Below, piece by piece: positions 1-9,400 of a stretch of DNA of 64,000 bases (its first letter is position 1; each line of letters begins with the position of its first letter). This DNA comes from Prochlorococcus sp. AG-469-F22 (GTDB taxonomy: Bacteria > Cyanobacteriota > Cyanobacteriia > PCC-6307 > Cyanobiaceae): NCBI GenBank assembly GCA_003211655.1, contig QCSC01000001.1:3967-67966 (forward strand), given 5' to 3'. A program made the translations under genes and the position numbers. Under the pieces are notes generated by a model. The model was not told the DNA's origin, searched no databases, and saw nothing but the letters and a program-made list of their open reading frames with translations.

Positions 1-371
1 AACATAATGCTATGGGTTATTACGGAAATGCATTTGGATTTGAGACTATAAGTTTACTTGATACTTTGGGAGAATCATCAAGCTTAAGACCAGAAAAAAT
101 TAGTTCTGCCTTAGAAGAACTTAAGAAAGATAATGTGAAAGTTTTGTTCTCTGAGCAGAAGCCGGTCTCAAAGTTAATCAAAAACCTAAGCAGACAAAGC
201 TCAATTCCTATTTCTTCTGATCAAATATATAGTGACGGACTAATGATGACAGGGAATACAGTTTCTGTTGCTGTCCACAATACATGTACCATTGTTAATT
301 CATTAGGTGGATCATGTGATAAGAAAGCAGGCAATGACTTGGAAAGCAGCTGGAGTTTTCAAAATAATTAA
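1..371 (+). CDS. Zn/Mn ABC transporter substrate-binding protein, C-terminal part (5' truncated by window)
   Basis: HNAMGYY..AFG, VLFSEQ and IYSDGL motifs of ZnuA/MntC-type SBPs; frame open from window start. Confidence 0.8.
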   Translation, partial: HNAMGYYGNAFGFETISLLDTLGESSSLRPEKISSALEELKKDNVKVLFSEQKPVSKLIKNLSRQSSIPISSDQIYSDGLMMTGNTVSVAVHNTCTIVNSLGGSCDKKAGNDLESSWSFQNN

Positions 372-380
372 AATTTTATA

Positions 381-403
381 TTAATAACGGTTTTCATTAT
401 CAA
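381..403. promoter_or_regulatory. Possible Zur/Fur-family operator
   Basis: Imperfect palindrome TTAATAACGGTTTTCATTATCAA upstream of a COG0523 gene. Confidence 0.4.
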
Positions 404-405
404 TT

Positions 406-438
406 AATGTCTAATATATTTACTATTAGACATTTTTT
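406..438 (+). terminator. Hairpin with T-run (putative intrinsic terminator/attenuator)
   Basis: AATGTCTAATA-tatttac-TATTAGACATT followed by TTTT. Confidence 0.45.
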
Positions 439-456
439 ATTTAGGTTAATTGGTTA

Positions 457-1815
457 ATGAGTATTAACGAAAAAGTGCCTGTGACAATCCTGACTGGATT
501 TCTTGGTTCTGGCAAAACGACTCTTCTTAATAGAATATTAAGCGAAGAACATGGTAAGCGAATCGCTGTAATTGAGAACGAATATGGAGAAGTTGGAATT
601 GATCAAGGATTGGTTATAAACGCCGATGAAGAAGTATTTGAAATGTCTAATGGTTGCATTTGTTGTACTGTTCGCGGAGATCTTATTAGAGTCCTTGGTA
701 ATTTAATGAAAAGAAGGGATAAATTTGACTACGTTTTAGTTGAGACAACAGGGTTAGCTGACCCTGGTCCTGTTGCTCAAACATTTTTTATGGATGAAGA
801 AATTAGTTCTGAATTCACACTTGATGGAATAGTTACATTAGTTGATGCAGCTCATATTGATCAACAACTTGGGCGTAGTGATGAGAGTTCTGAGCAAGTG
901 GCATTTGCAGATGTCTTAGTCCTTAATAAAACTGATTTAGTCTCAGATGATGCTCTTGATAACCTTGAATCAAGATTAAGAGATATGAATCGAATGACTC
1001 GTATTATTCGAGCAGAGAAAGCAGAGGTTCCTATTGAGACAGTTTTAAATTTGAGTGCATTCGATCTTGACCAAATTTTAAAGCGTAGACCAACTTTCTT
1101 AGAACCTGAATATCCTTTTGAATGGTCAGGAGTTTATGAGCTTGAGCCTGGAAAATATGAATTAAAACTTGAAGAAGGGCCTGATCCTGAAATGTCCTTA
1201 GTAGCTTTTACTAATCAAGGATTTAGTGAAGAAGAATTAAAAGAGGGTGCAGAAGCCTCTGTAAGACTTTATGCAGAAAAAGCTAAAAACTTAGAACCTG
1301 GAAATACTATTCCATATGATGAGCATTTAAGTCTTAAATTGCAAAACAAAGGATCTAAATCTTTTATTTTGGATGTTGAAAAAGAGTCAAAAGTTGGATT
1401 GTTCACACAACATACTGCTGAAGAATTCAAGATGAAAGTGCTAAAAATAGATTCCCAAAATAATGTTAAGGAAATTCCTTTTAAAACTGAAAGAAACTGG
1501 GTCGCAGAACATGAACATGATGATGAAGTTGGATCAATTGCAATAGAGCGTTTTGGAGATGTTGATCCTGAAAAGTTGAATACTTGGATGGGAAGACTTC
1601 TTTCCGAGAAAGGAGTTGATATATTCAGAACAAAAGGGTTTATTAGTTATTCTGGCAACCCACACCGAATAGTATTTCAAGGGGTTCATATGTTATTTAC
1701 TGCCCAACCAGATAAAGAATGGGGAAATGAACCACGAAGAAATCAACTCGTGTTTATTGGAAGAAATCTAAATGAAAAAGAAATGCAAGAGGGATTTGAT
1801 AAGTGCCTGATATAG
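457..1815 (+). CDS. CobW/COG0523 family G3E metallochaperone GTPase
   Basis: GFLGSGKTT, NEYGE, GCICC, ETTGLADP, LNKTD motifs; CobW_C domain (RTKG...QGVH). Confidence 0.92.
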   Translation: MSINEKVPVTILTGFLGSGKTTLLNRILSEEHGKRIAVIENEYGEVGIDQGLVINADEEVFEMSNGCICCTVRGDLIRVLGNLMKRRDKFDYVLVETTGLADPGPVAQTFFMDEEISSEFTLDGIVTLVDAAHIDQQLGRSDESSEQVAFADVLVLNKTDLVSDDALDNLESRLRDMNRMTRIIRAEKAEVPIETVLNLSAFDLDQILKRRPTFLEPEYPFEWSGVYELEPGKYELKLEEGPDPEMSLVAFTNQGFSEEELKEGAEASVRLYAEKAKNLEPGNTIPYDEHLSLKLQNKGSKSFILDVEKESKVGLFTQHTAEEFKMKVLKIDSQNNVKEIPFKTERNWVAEHEHDDEVGSIAIERFGDVDPEKLNTWMGRLLSEKGVDIFRTKGFISYSGNPHRIVFQGVHMLFTAQPDKEWGNEPRRNQLVFIGRNLNEKEMQEGFDKCLI

Positions 1816-2876
1816 AACCTTTTAGCCCTAGAGGCATGTTTCATGAAGGATGGTCTGCTGAAGTTGATGATTATGCAATAGTTTGTGGTTGGGCTTTGAA
1901 AGGGAAACTCTTTATCGTTGGAGACGTAGTCGGAGGGCTTTATGGGTTCGAAGGAGATACAGGAAAGCTTATTTGGAAAAAGGATGAAGCCCATTCCGGA
2001 GGTCTTCTTGCAATGTCTATCCATCCGAATGGAGAGATTTTTGCAACTTCAGGGCAAGACGGAATAGTTCGAATATTAAATTGCAATAATGGGGAGGAAA
2101 TTAAAGCCATTAAACTTGGTAAAGGTTGGGTAGAACATTTAAGTTGGTCAAATGGAGGTTTATATTTAGCCGTAGCTTTTTCCAAAAAAGTATATGTATT
2201 TAATCAAGATGGTAATGAACAATGGGTTTCAGAAGAACATCCGAGTACAGTAAGTGCCATATCGTGGTCGAATAAGAATGAATTAGCAACTGCATGCTAT
2301 GGACGCGTAACTTTCTTTGATGTAGCAAATAAAAAGACTAATCAGAAACTTGAATGGCAAGGTTCACTAGTTTCGATGCAGTTAAGCCCTGATGGAGATA
2401 TTGTCGCCTGTGGGAGTCAAGATAATTCGGTACATTTCTGGCGTAGATCAACTGGACTTGATGCTGAAATGACAGGTTATCCTGGAAAGCCTTCTCACCT
2501 TTCTTTTGATGATAGTGGCACGCTATTAGCAACTAGTGGTAGCGAAAGAATTACAGTATGGAGTTTTTCAGGAAATGGCCCTGAAGGAACAATGCCAGGA
2601 GAATTATGTCATCACACTGAACCAATTTCTAGCCTAGCTTTTTCTAACAAAGGTTTGCTAGTTGCTTCAGGTTCAAGAGATGGTTCAGTAGTAGCTAGTT
2701 TTCTTAAAAACGACGGGAATGGGGATCCTGTAGGAGCTGCTTTTGCTGGAGATTTAGTTGGAGATATTGCTTGGAGACCCGATGACTGCGCTTTAGCTGC
2801 AGTTAATGCGAAGGGTGTTGTAACCGTTTGGAATTTTAAAGTCCGAACAAATTCCTCTTCAAAAGGGTTCAAGTAA
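1803..2876 (+). CDS. WD40 repeat beta-propeller protein
   Basis: Repeated SGQDG/GSQDNSVHFW/SGSRDG WD-type repeats; overlaps the cobW-like gene end. Confidence 0.88.
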   Translation: MPDIEPFSPRGMFHEGWSAEVDDYAIVCGWALKGKLFIVGDVVGGLYGFEGDTGKLIWKKDEAHSGGLLAMSIHPNGEIFATSGQDGIVRILNCNNGEEIKAIKLGKGWVEHLSWSNGGLYLAVAFSKKVYVFNQDGNEQWVSEEHPSTVSAISWSNKNELATACYGRVTFFDVANKKTNQKLEWQGSLVSMQLSPDGDIVACGSQDNSVHFWRRSTGLDAEMTGYPGKPSHLSFDDSGTLLATSGSERITVWSFSGNGPEGTMPGELCHHTEPISSLAFSNKGLLVASGSRDGSVVASFLKNDGNGDPVGAAFAGDLVGDIAWRPDDCALAAVNAKGVVTVWNFKVRTNSSSKGFK

Positions 2877-2892
2877 TTTCTAGCTTATATAT

Positions 2893-3066
2893 TTACCAAT
2901 AATTAGTTTTCAAATGTCTCTCAATACAAATCACTTCGCAATCATTATCAATACCTTTTGGATGAATATCGCAATATGAAAGACACTGTAAATATTCATC
3001 TACGGGATTACTATTTTTATTATTAATATCATTATTGTAATTGTTTTGAATTTTTGAATTAGTCAT
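2893..3066 (-). CDS. Small (57 aa) twin-CX3C protein, not in ORF track
   Basis: MTNSKIQ...DEYLQCLSYCDIHPKGIDNDCEVICIERHLKTNYW*; GAGG RBS upstream. Confidence 0.7.
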   Translation of the reverse strand: MTNSKIQNNYNNDINNKNSNPVDEYLQCLSYCDIHPKGIDNDCEVICIERHLKTNYW

Positions 3067-3562
3067 AAATAGATTTCCTCAATTCATTTAGGGTTAACAT
3101 AAACGAGAGAGATAAGAAAAGAAATAAGCAAAACTTACTAAAAAACTAAACAAGAAATATATAAAATTTAAAGCGGAAAATAAACAAATTGATTATTACT
3201 ATCGGACATTTTGGATTAAACATCAATGCGTATAAAAACGGATTGTTTTTTTAAAAGTTTTTAATTAATTTGTGATTGTTGAGTTTTAGGAGGTCTTTCA
3301 AAATGATCGATAGCCTGCCTGCAATTTCGGAATAATTCCGAACTAATTTAATTAACTGCTCCAATTATTTTTTATTAATGTCTGAACTTACTTCTTTCGC
3401 ATCGTTTAGGTGCCCTACAGGAAAAAGTTCAATTCTAGAGTCTTTGCCCCAGTTAAAAACTATTAGTATTTTAAGGTTATTTTTAACTGAAAAATAATTA
3501 ACAACAAGGATCAATGATTTAGGCTAGTTGTTAATTTTGATAGATAAAATAAGTAAGAGAAT

Positions 3563-3592
3563 AAAAGGAGAGCTTTTAAAAGCTCTCCTTTT
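3563..3592. terminator. Perfect 30-bp palindrome, bidirectional terminator-like
   Basis: AAAAGGAGAGCTTTT-AAAAGCTCTCCTTTT. Confidence 0.7.
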
Positions 3593-3682
3593 TATTTGAG
3601 CTAAAAAAACAAACTTTGGCATTATTATATTTTTTTAGCTATTTATTGTAATAAGAAACTTTATTTGGATAGAGATAAAATA

Positions 3683-3823
3683 ATGTCAAAAAAACTTAGA
3701 TTTTTTACTGATTTATTAGCTAGAGCTGTTAATGAGATCGAATACAAAAATGTTCTTAAAAAATTAAAGAAACATGATCTTATAGCAGATGTAGATGATC
3801 AGAGATCACACCATTTCTATTGA
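3683..3823 (+). CDS. Small hypothetical protein (46 aa), not in ORF track
   Basis: MSKKLRFFTDLLARAVNEIEYKNVLKKLKKHDLIADVDDQRSHHFY*. Confidence 0.5.
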   Translation: MSKKLRFFTDLLARAVNEIEYKNVLKKLKKHDLIADVDDQRSHHFY

Positions 3824-3954
3824 TAGAGAAGGGGACTAAATTGAACTATTGTTATAAATCATTTACTTCAAAAATCTTACTTTGGCTAGATGTCTCATTA
3901 CAAAATAAATTTTTTATATTTCTAATAATAAGAAAAAAAGTTTTGTTTTAATCC

Positions 3955-4257
3955 ATGAATAATTACTATTGTCCATACTGTAATCCCAAATATCAATTTC
4001 CAAAAACATCAACATCTGGAGAATTAATATGTGGGTTATGTGGTGACCCTCTAGTAAAAAAGCCATTGATTAAAATCAATCAAATAATTGCTATTATTGC
4101 CTCCTTATCGCTAGTACTTCCATTGATTTACACGTTTATTATTTTAATTAAAAACCAAATAAATACTCCTAGTAGAAATTACAATGCAAGTGCAAGTTTT
4201 ATCGAGAAAAATTCAAACACAAGATTTTATCAACCTCTACAAAGTGATTTACTTTAA
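3955..4257 (+). CDS. Small Zn-ribbon membrane protein
   Basis: CPYC...CGLC followed by one hydrophobic helix. Confidence 0.65.
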   Translation: MNNYYCPYCNPKYQFPKTSTSGELICGLCGDPLVKKPLIKINQIIAIIASLSLVLPLIYTFIILIKNQINTPSRNYNASASFIEKNSNTRFYQPLQSDLL

Positions 4258-4502
4258 CAAGAATCATCATCTTCAATTTGATTTTTATAACTAGAATTAT
4301 TTAACTCTTTATTAATAATTAATGGTTTAACAGATTCTTTACAATGATTTTTACATCCTCCATTAAATGAATCGTGAGCTTGTAAAAAGTTACTATTTAT
4401 TAAAAAGATAAATAAGATTAATTTAAAAGTTTGTTTTATTTTGGATTTCATTTTTAGTAAATTATTTACCAAGCCTGGATTGACATTATCAACTAATTCC
4501 AA
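4254..4502 (-). CDS. Small secreted Cys-containing hypothetical protein (possibly prematurely stopped)
   Basis: Signal-like segment then HDSFNGGCKNHC; in-frame SKSLCRG* follows the TAA. Confidence 0.5.
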   Translation of the reverse strand: MELVDNVNPGLVNNLLKMKSKIKQTFKLILFIFLINSNFLQAHDSFNGGCKNHCKESVKPLIINKELNNSSYKNQIEDDDSC

Positions 4503-4729
4503 GGAGTGTTAATCAATCCCCAAATATCAAAAAAGAAAAATAAAATTGCAATAGCTACTAAATCCCAGGCCCTTTCCCTAAAAGCCCAAGGCGCTATAAA
4601 AACTTCTCCCAAACCATGAAGTGCAGCTCCAGTAGGTAGATGATCTAAAACAAGTAAACTATGAGAGAGAATAAAAAGTAAACTCGCAAAATATCTAAAA
4701 AAGACAAATTGCCAATTGCCAGAATTCAT
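4493..4729 (-). CDS. Small membrane hypothetical protein
   Basis: Hydrophobic 78-aa ORF with PWA...AWD motif. Confidence 0.65.
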   Translation of the reverse strand: MNSGNWQFVFFRYFASLLFILSHSLLVLDHLPTGAALHGLGEVFIAPWAFRERAWDLVAIAILFFFFDIWGLINTPWN

Positions 4730-4805
4730 GTTTTTTATATTTTTAAGAAATATAGTTCAATGCATAAAATATTGAAATAGATTTAGTTTATGGATATTTC
4801 TTTTT

Positions 4806-4819
4806 GTAGTTTTAAATAC
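4806..4819 (+). promoter_or_regulatory. Putative NtcA binding site
   Basis: GTA-GTTTTAAA-TAC (GTA-N8-TAC), 36 nt upstream of the ATP-grasp ORF start. Confidence 0.55.
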
Positions 4820-4855
4820 TAAATATCGTCCCAAGCTAAAGTAAAAAGTTAACAA

Positions 4856-6301
4856 ATGAAGAGATATATGTTTTCAAATTATCGTCCTAAAAATAATTTT
4901 GATGAATACTTTAAAGATAATTTAAATTCTGCCAGAGAAATTTTAACCCCCTTATTATCTTCCTTAGACAACATGGGTTTAGAAGAACTAAACAGAAATC
5001 ATTCAGCGGCCAAGAAGTTATTACTAAGACATGGAGCAACTTTTAGGTTAAACGACACAGGATTAAAAGGTACAGAAAGAATATTACCTTTTGATCCTTT
5101 ACCAAGAATAATAAGTAAGCACGACTGGATAACCTTAGAAGAAGGCTTAAAACAGAGACTTGAGGCAATAGATCTTTTCTTAGATGATATATATAATTCT
5201 CAAAATATAATTAATGATGGAATAATTCCAAGAGAATTAATTGAGAGCTCAGATGGATGGAGGCCTCAAATGTTGGGTTTTAAGCCTCCATTAAACAAAT
5301 GGTGTCAAATATCAGGACTTGATTTAATAAGAGATGGTCATGGGACTTGGCATGTTTTAGAAGACAACTTAAGATGTCCTTCTGGTGTGGCTTATTTTTT
5401 GGAGAATAGATTAGTCATGAAGAATATCTTCCCTAATCTTTTCTCAGGCAGGATAGTTAAACCTATTGATGAATACCCATCATTTTTATTAAAGACTCTC
5501 CAAGAACTAGCTGTTTGGACTGATACACCAAAAATAGTTTTATTAACACCTGGAATTTTTAATAGTGCATATTTTGAACATAGTTATTTAGCTCAAGAAA
5601 TGGGTATTCAATTAGTTCAAGGTCATGATTTAATTTGTAACGATGAATATGTTTACTTAAAGACTACTTCTGGATTAAAAAGAGTAGATGTAATTTATAG
5701 AAGGATTGATGATGATTTTTTAGATCCTATGAATTTTAGAAAAGATTCATATTTAGGTGTTAGTGGTTTACTAGATGTAATGAAGGCAGGTCATGTTGCT
5801 GTTGCGAATGTTCCCGGGACAGGAATAGCAGATGATAAAATGATTTATTCTTTTGTTCCTAAAATTATCAAATATTTTCTTGATGAAGAACCAATAATAA
5901 AAAATGTTGAAACCTATATTTGTTATTACAAAAAGGATAGAGAATATGTCTTAAAGAACCTTCCAAAACTTGTTGTCAAATCAGTCTCTGAAGCTGGAGG
6001 TTATGGAATGTTAATTGGTCCTCAATCAACTACAACTGAGATAAATGAATTCTCAGATAAAATCAAAAATAATCCTAGAAATTTTATAGCTCAACCTACT
6101 CTAGAACTTTCCACAGTTCCATCATTATGCGATGGCGAACTTTATCCATGTCACGTTGATTTAAGACCCTACATTTTAAGGGGAAAGGATGCATGGGTAA
6201 GTCCAGGAGGTCTAACTAGAGTTGCTTTAAAAAAAGGTTCATTAGTAGTCAATTCTTCTCAAGGAGGAGGTTGCAAAGATACATGGGTTGTAGGAAATTA
6301 G
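4856..6301 (+). CDS. Circularly permuted type 2 ATP-grasp protein
   Basis: PFDPLPRII, VLEDNLRCPSG, VDVIYRRIDDDFLDP, GGLTRVAL...VVNSSQGGG.KDTWV. Confidence 0.93.
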   Translation: MKRYMFSNYRPKNNFDEYFKDNLNSAREILTPLLSSLDNMGLEELNRNHSAAKKLLLRHGATFRLNDTGLKGTERILPFDPLPRIISKHDWITLEEGLKQRLEAIDLFLDDIYNSQNIINDGIIPRELIESSDGWRPQMLGFKPPLNKWCQISGLDLIRDGHGTWHVLEDNLRCPSGVAYFLENRLVMKNIFPNLFSGRIVKPIDEYPSFLLKTLQELAVWTDTPKIVLLTPGIFNSAYFEHSYLAQEMGIQLVQGHDLICNDEYVYLKTTSGLKRVDVIYRRIDDDFLDPMNFRKDSYLGVSGLLDVMKAGHVAVANVPGTGIADDKMIYSFVPKIIKYFLDEEPIIKNVETYICYYKKDREYVLKNLPKLVVKSVSEAGGYGMLIGPQSTTTEINEFSDKIKNNPRNFIAQPTLELSTVPSLCDGELYPCHVDLRPYILRGKDAWVSPGGLTRVALKKGSLVVNSSQGGGCKDTWVVGN

Positions 6302-6302
6302 A

Positions 6303-7259
6303 ATGCTTTTAAGTCGGGTAGCTGAATCTCTTTATTGGATTAATCGTTATTTAGAACGTGCGGAAAATATATCTCGTTTTGTGGAGGTTAGTGAAGCAAT
6401 GTCTTTAGATTGTCCACCAGGTAGTGCTGAACCATGGCTGCCTCTAATTGATGCTTCAAGTGATAGAGAAACATTTGATTCTAGATTTCCTGAAAAAAAA
6501 CAGGCTGATGTTATTAATTTTTTAATTAGGGATCGAATAAATCCCAACAGCATAATCTCTTGTATCCAATTGGCTAGAGAAAACGCTAGGCAAATAAGGG
6601 ATGTAATGACATCTGAAATGTGGGAACAAATAAATATTTTATATTGGAATTTACAAGAAGGGGAATCTATATGGGACCTTCCAAGGCAGGAGCAATTAAG
6701 CGAAATAAGAAGAGGATGTCAGTTGTTTTATGGCATTACAGACGCCACTCTTAGCAAAGATCTTGCATGTCAATTTAGTATTTTAGGTAGATTAATAGAA
6801 AGAGCTGATAAGACCTCTAGAATCTTAGATGTAAAATATTACTTATTACTTCCAAGCTTAGATGAGCTTGGAGGAGTCCTAGATGAGTTGCAGTGGATAG
6901 CTCTTCTTCGTTCAGCAGGTGCTTATCAAATGTTCAGGAAAGCAGAACAAAATTCTATCCAGCCGAATTCAGTAGCACGATTTCTTTTACTAGATAATAA
7001 TTTCCCAAGATCTGTCAGATACTGTTTGGATGGTATAAGTAATACCCTAAAAATGATTGATACCTCTCCAAGCTCAGATAATCCCTCAAAACTCGAGTGC
7101 ATGAGGGGTTTACTTAAAGCAAAGTGGAGTTATATCAGAATTGAAGATATAATTAATGACGGACTACATGAAGCTATTGATTCCTTACAAATAGATTTAA
7201 ACAAACTGCATAATCTCATAGAAGATAAATATTTTATAAATAAAGAATTTGATCAATGA
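6303..7259 (+). CDS. Alpha-E domain protein (DUF403)
   Basis: MLLSRVAESLYW..RYLERAEN; second ERADKT repeat; FPRSV. Confidence 0.92.
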   Translation: MLLSRVAESLYWINRYLERAENISRFVEVSEAMSLDCPPGSAEPWLPLIDASSDRETFDSRFPEKKQADVINFLIRDRINPNSIISCIQLARENARQIRDVMTSEMWEQINILYWNLQEGESIWDLPRQEQLSEIRRGCQLFYGITDATLSKDLACQFSILGRLIERADKTSRILDVKYYLLLPSLDELGGVLDELQWIALLRSAGAYQMFRKAEQNSIQPNSVARFLLLDNNFPRSVRYCLDGISNTLKMIDTSPSSDNPSKLECMRGLLKAKWSYIRIEDIINDGLHEAIDSLQIDLNKLHNLIEDKYFINKEFDQ

Positions 7260-8116
7260 AAATTAAATATATCCATAACCTTGAATATTCCTATGAAGAA
7301 TCAGTTCAATTGGGGGAACATCGATTATGTATCAAGCCAAGATCGCATGGATTTCAAAGGCTAATAAACTTTAATTTAAATATTTCTCCAAATCCTAAAA
7401 TTCTTTATCCTTTGCTTGCCGCCAGTGGTGAAGAGATTAATAGAATTACCTTTGAAGGATATACCGATTCATTATCTATTAAAGCAATAAGCGAGGTTGA
7501 GACACTTAAACATCCTTGCATTCTTGATGGTGTTAAAGAAAGGGACCTTACATTACCCTTTTGTAGAAGTATCATTAATAGAGATCTTCAGGGAGCTTTG
7601 GAAGGATGGATGCCAAATGGGCAGCATGATCCTTCTGCTGTTGTATTAGCGCAAGAGTCATTAGCAGGAAGTAGCAATAATGCCTTATCTTTCACATTTC
7701 AACTTATAGAAATTATTCAGGATCGAGTTAAGTATACGAAAAGACATACTGGCCCAGCATGGCCAGCAAGCAGGACTCTTAGAGAAAGGGTTGGGTCATG
7801 CAGAGACTTAGCAATGTTAATGGTTGAGTCATGCAGATCAGTCGGAATTCCAAGCAGATTTGTTAGTGGTTATCATTTTGAAGATCCTTTACCAAAAGAA
7901 TTTGAATTACATGCATGGGCTGAATTATATATCCCAGGAGCAGGATGGAGAGGTTTTGATCCAAGCGGTAAAGGATTAATAGACGAAAGGTATTTAACAT
8001 TAGTATCTTCTTCAAAATCCAACCTAACGGCAGTGATTACTGGAAACTTTAGAGGCAAAACAAACCTTAAGAATAATTTGAAATGGGAAATAAAGCCTTT
8101 AGAAATTTGTAATTAA
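7256..8116 (+). CDS. Transglutaminase-like protein
   Basis: GSCRD, HAWAE, GFDP catalytic triad motifs. Confidence 0.92.
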   Translation: MKIKYIHNLEYSYEESVQLGEHRLCIKPRSHGFQRLINFNLNISPNPKILYPLLAASGEEINRITFEGYTDSLSIKAISEVETLKHPCILDGVKERDLTLPFCRSIINRDLQGALEGWMPNGQHDPSAVVLAQESLAGSSNNALSFTFQLIEIIQDRVKYTKRHTGPAWPASRTLRERVGSCRDLAMLMVESCRSVGIPSRFVSGYHFEDPLPKEFELHAWAELYIPGAGWRGFDPSGKGLIDERYLTLVSSSKSNLTAVITGNFRGKTNLKNNLKWEIKPLEICN

Positions 8117-8199
8117 TTAAGCCTTTTAATCTTTAAAATTATTTTGAAGGATATTTAAAAAATAAGCTTAATTATTAATTTAATAGAGGTGTTGCTTAA

Positions 8200-8787
8200 T
8201 TGGTGTTAACTGATACGTTATCTTCAAAATTTATCTGTTTTCATTTAATTAATATTTCAAATAAATTGAACTCAACTTTAAAAATCGAACTTGCCAAGCC
8301 AAACAAATCTGAAATGTTTGAATTGAAAAGTTACGAAAAATTTCGTGATACGGAAGATGTCAGATTTTTCGATATTAGTATTAATAACTCAAATTTTAGA
8401 GACTTAGTTATTCATAATGGCCCAGCTGTGAGTCCACCTAATGATAAAGAATTAGGCAATTGGCAGTTTTACATTCATCACAATCAAGAGGATAACCTTT
8501 TAGCTATTTCAGGAGGAAGAACTTTTTATCTCGTAAACTTAGGCTGGGAATATCCTTTCTACAAAGTAAGATTAGAATCATGTGGTTTAATCTTAAAAAT
8601 CCCTAGAGGAACTTTTCATAGATCTGTTTCTGATGAAAATGGTTCTGTTGTTTTAAATCAAGCCATAAGAGATAGGGAAGGAAGTGTTGAATCTGAATTC
8701 AAAGTTACCAATAGCAAAGATAATAAAAAACTTCACGATTGCATAACAAATTTACAACCTAAATTTAAAATTTATAGTGTTAAATAA
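8200..8787 (+). CDS. Cupin-like conserved hypothetical protein (true start possibly Met at 8313)
   Basis: YIHHNQEDN...GG and IPRGTFHR cupin-type His motifs. Confidence 0.65.
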   Translation: MVLTDTLSSKFICFHLINISNKLNSTLKIELAKPNKSEMFELKSYEKFRDTEDVRFFDISINNSNFRDLVIHNGPAVSPPNDKELGNWQFYIHHNQEDNLLAISGGRTFYLVNLGWEYPFYKVRLESCGLILKIPRGTFHRSVSDENGSVVLNQAIRDREGSVESEFKVTNSKDNKKLHDCITNLQPKFKIYSVK

Positions 8788-8870
8788 CTTTAAAAACTTT
8801 ATTCAAATTTTAAAAAGAATTTAAATCATTATCTTATTGAGATAAGATAAAGAAACTGTAAAATCTCAAT

Positions 8871-9389
8871 ATGAATCGATTTAGCTTTTTGAAATACTTT
8901 TTATGTCTGACTTTTTCTTTTCTAATTTTTACCTCTCCTGTTTTTGCAGGTGCAAATGTGGCAACTAAAGGAGAGGGAGATGAGGTTCCTAGTTACGTAA
9001 GATCTAATATTACTGGTTTTGATTTTCATGGAGAGGACCTTCATTTATCCTCAATAGCAGGAGCAGTAGCAAGAGATGCTGACTTTAGCGAAGTCGATCT
9101 TCATGGAACAACATTAACTTTATCTGACTTAAAAGGTTCTAATCTTAACGGAATAGATTTAACTGATACTCTCGCAGATAGAGTAAATTTCCAAAAAACA
9201 GATTTAAGGAATTCTATTTTGATAAACATGATAGCTTCTGGGAGTAGCTTTGCTGGTGCTCAAATAGAGGGAGCAGATTTTTCTTACGCAATTCTGGATA
9301 GTGAAGACCAGAGAAATCTTTGCAAAATTGCTGAAGGAGTTAATCCAACTACAGGAGTTTCTACTAGAGATAGTCTTGAATGTAATTAA
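8871..9389 (+). CDS. Pentapeptide repeat protein (secreted/lumenal)
   Basis: Signal peptide; A(D/N)LXX repeats; C-terminal LC...G.NP.TG..TRDSLEC. Confidence 0.9.
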   Translation: MNRFSFLKYFLCLTFSFLIFTSPVFAGANVATKGEGDEVPSYVRSNITGFDFHGEDLHLSSIAGAVARDADFSEVDLHGTTLTLSDLKGSNLNGIDLTDTLADRVNFQKTDLRNSILINMIASGSSFAGAQIEGADFSYAILDSEDQRNLCKIAEGVNPTTGVSTRDSLECN

Positions 9390-9400
9390 GTACTTTAATA

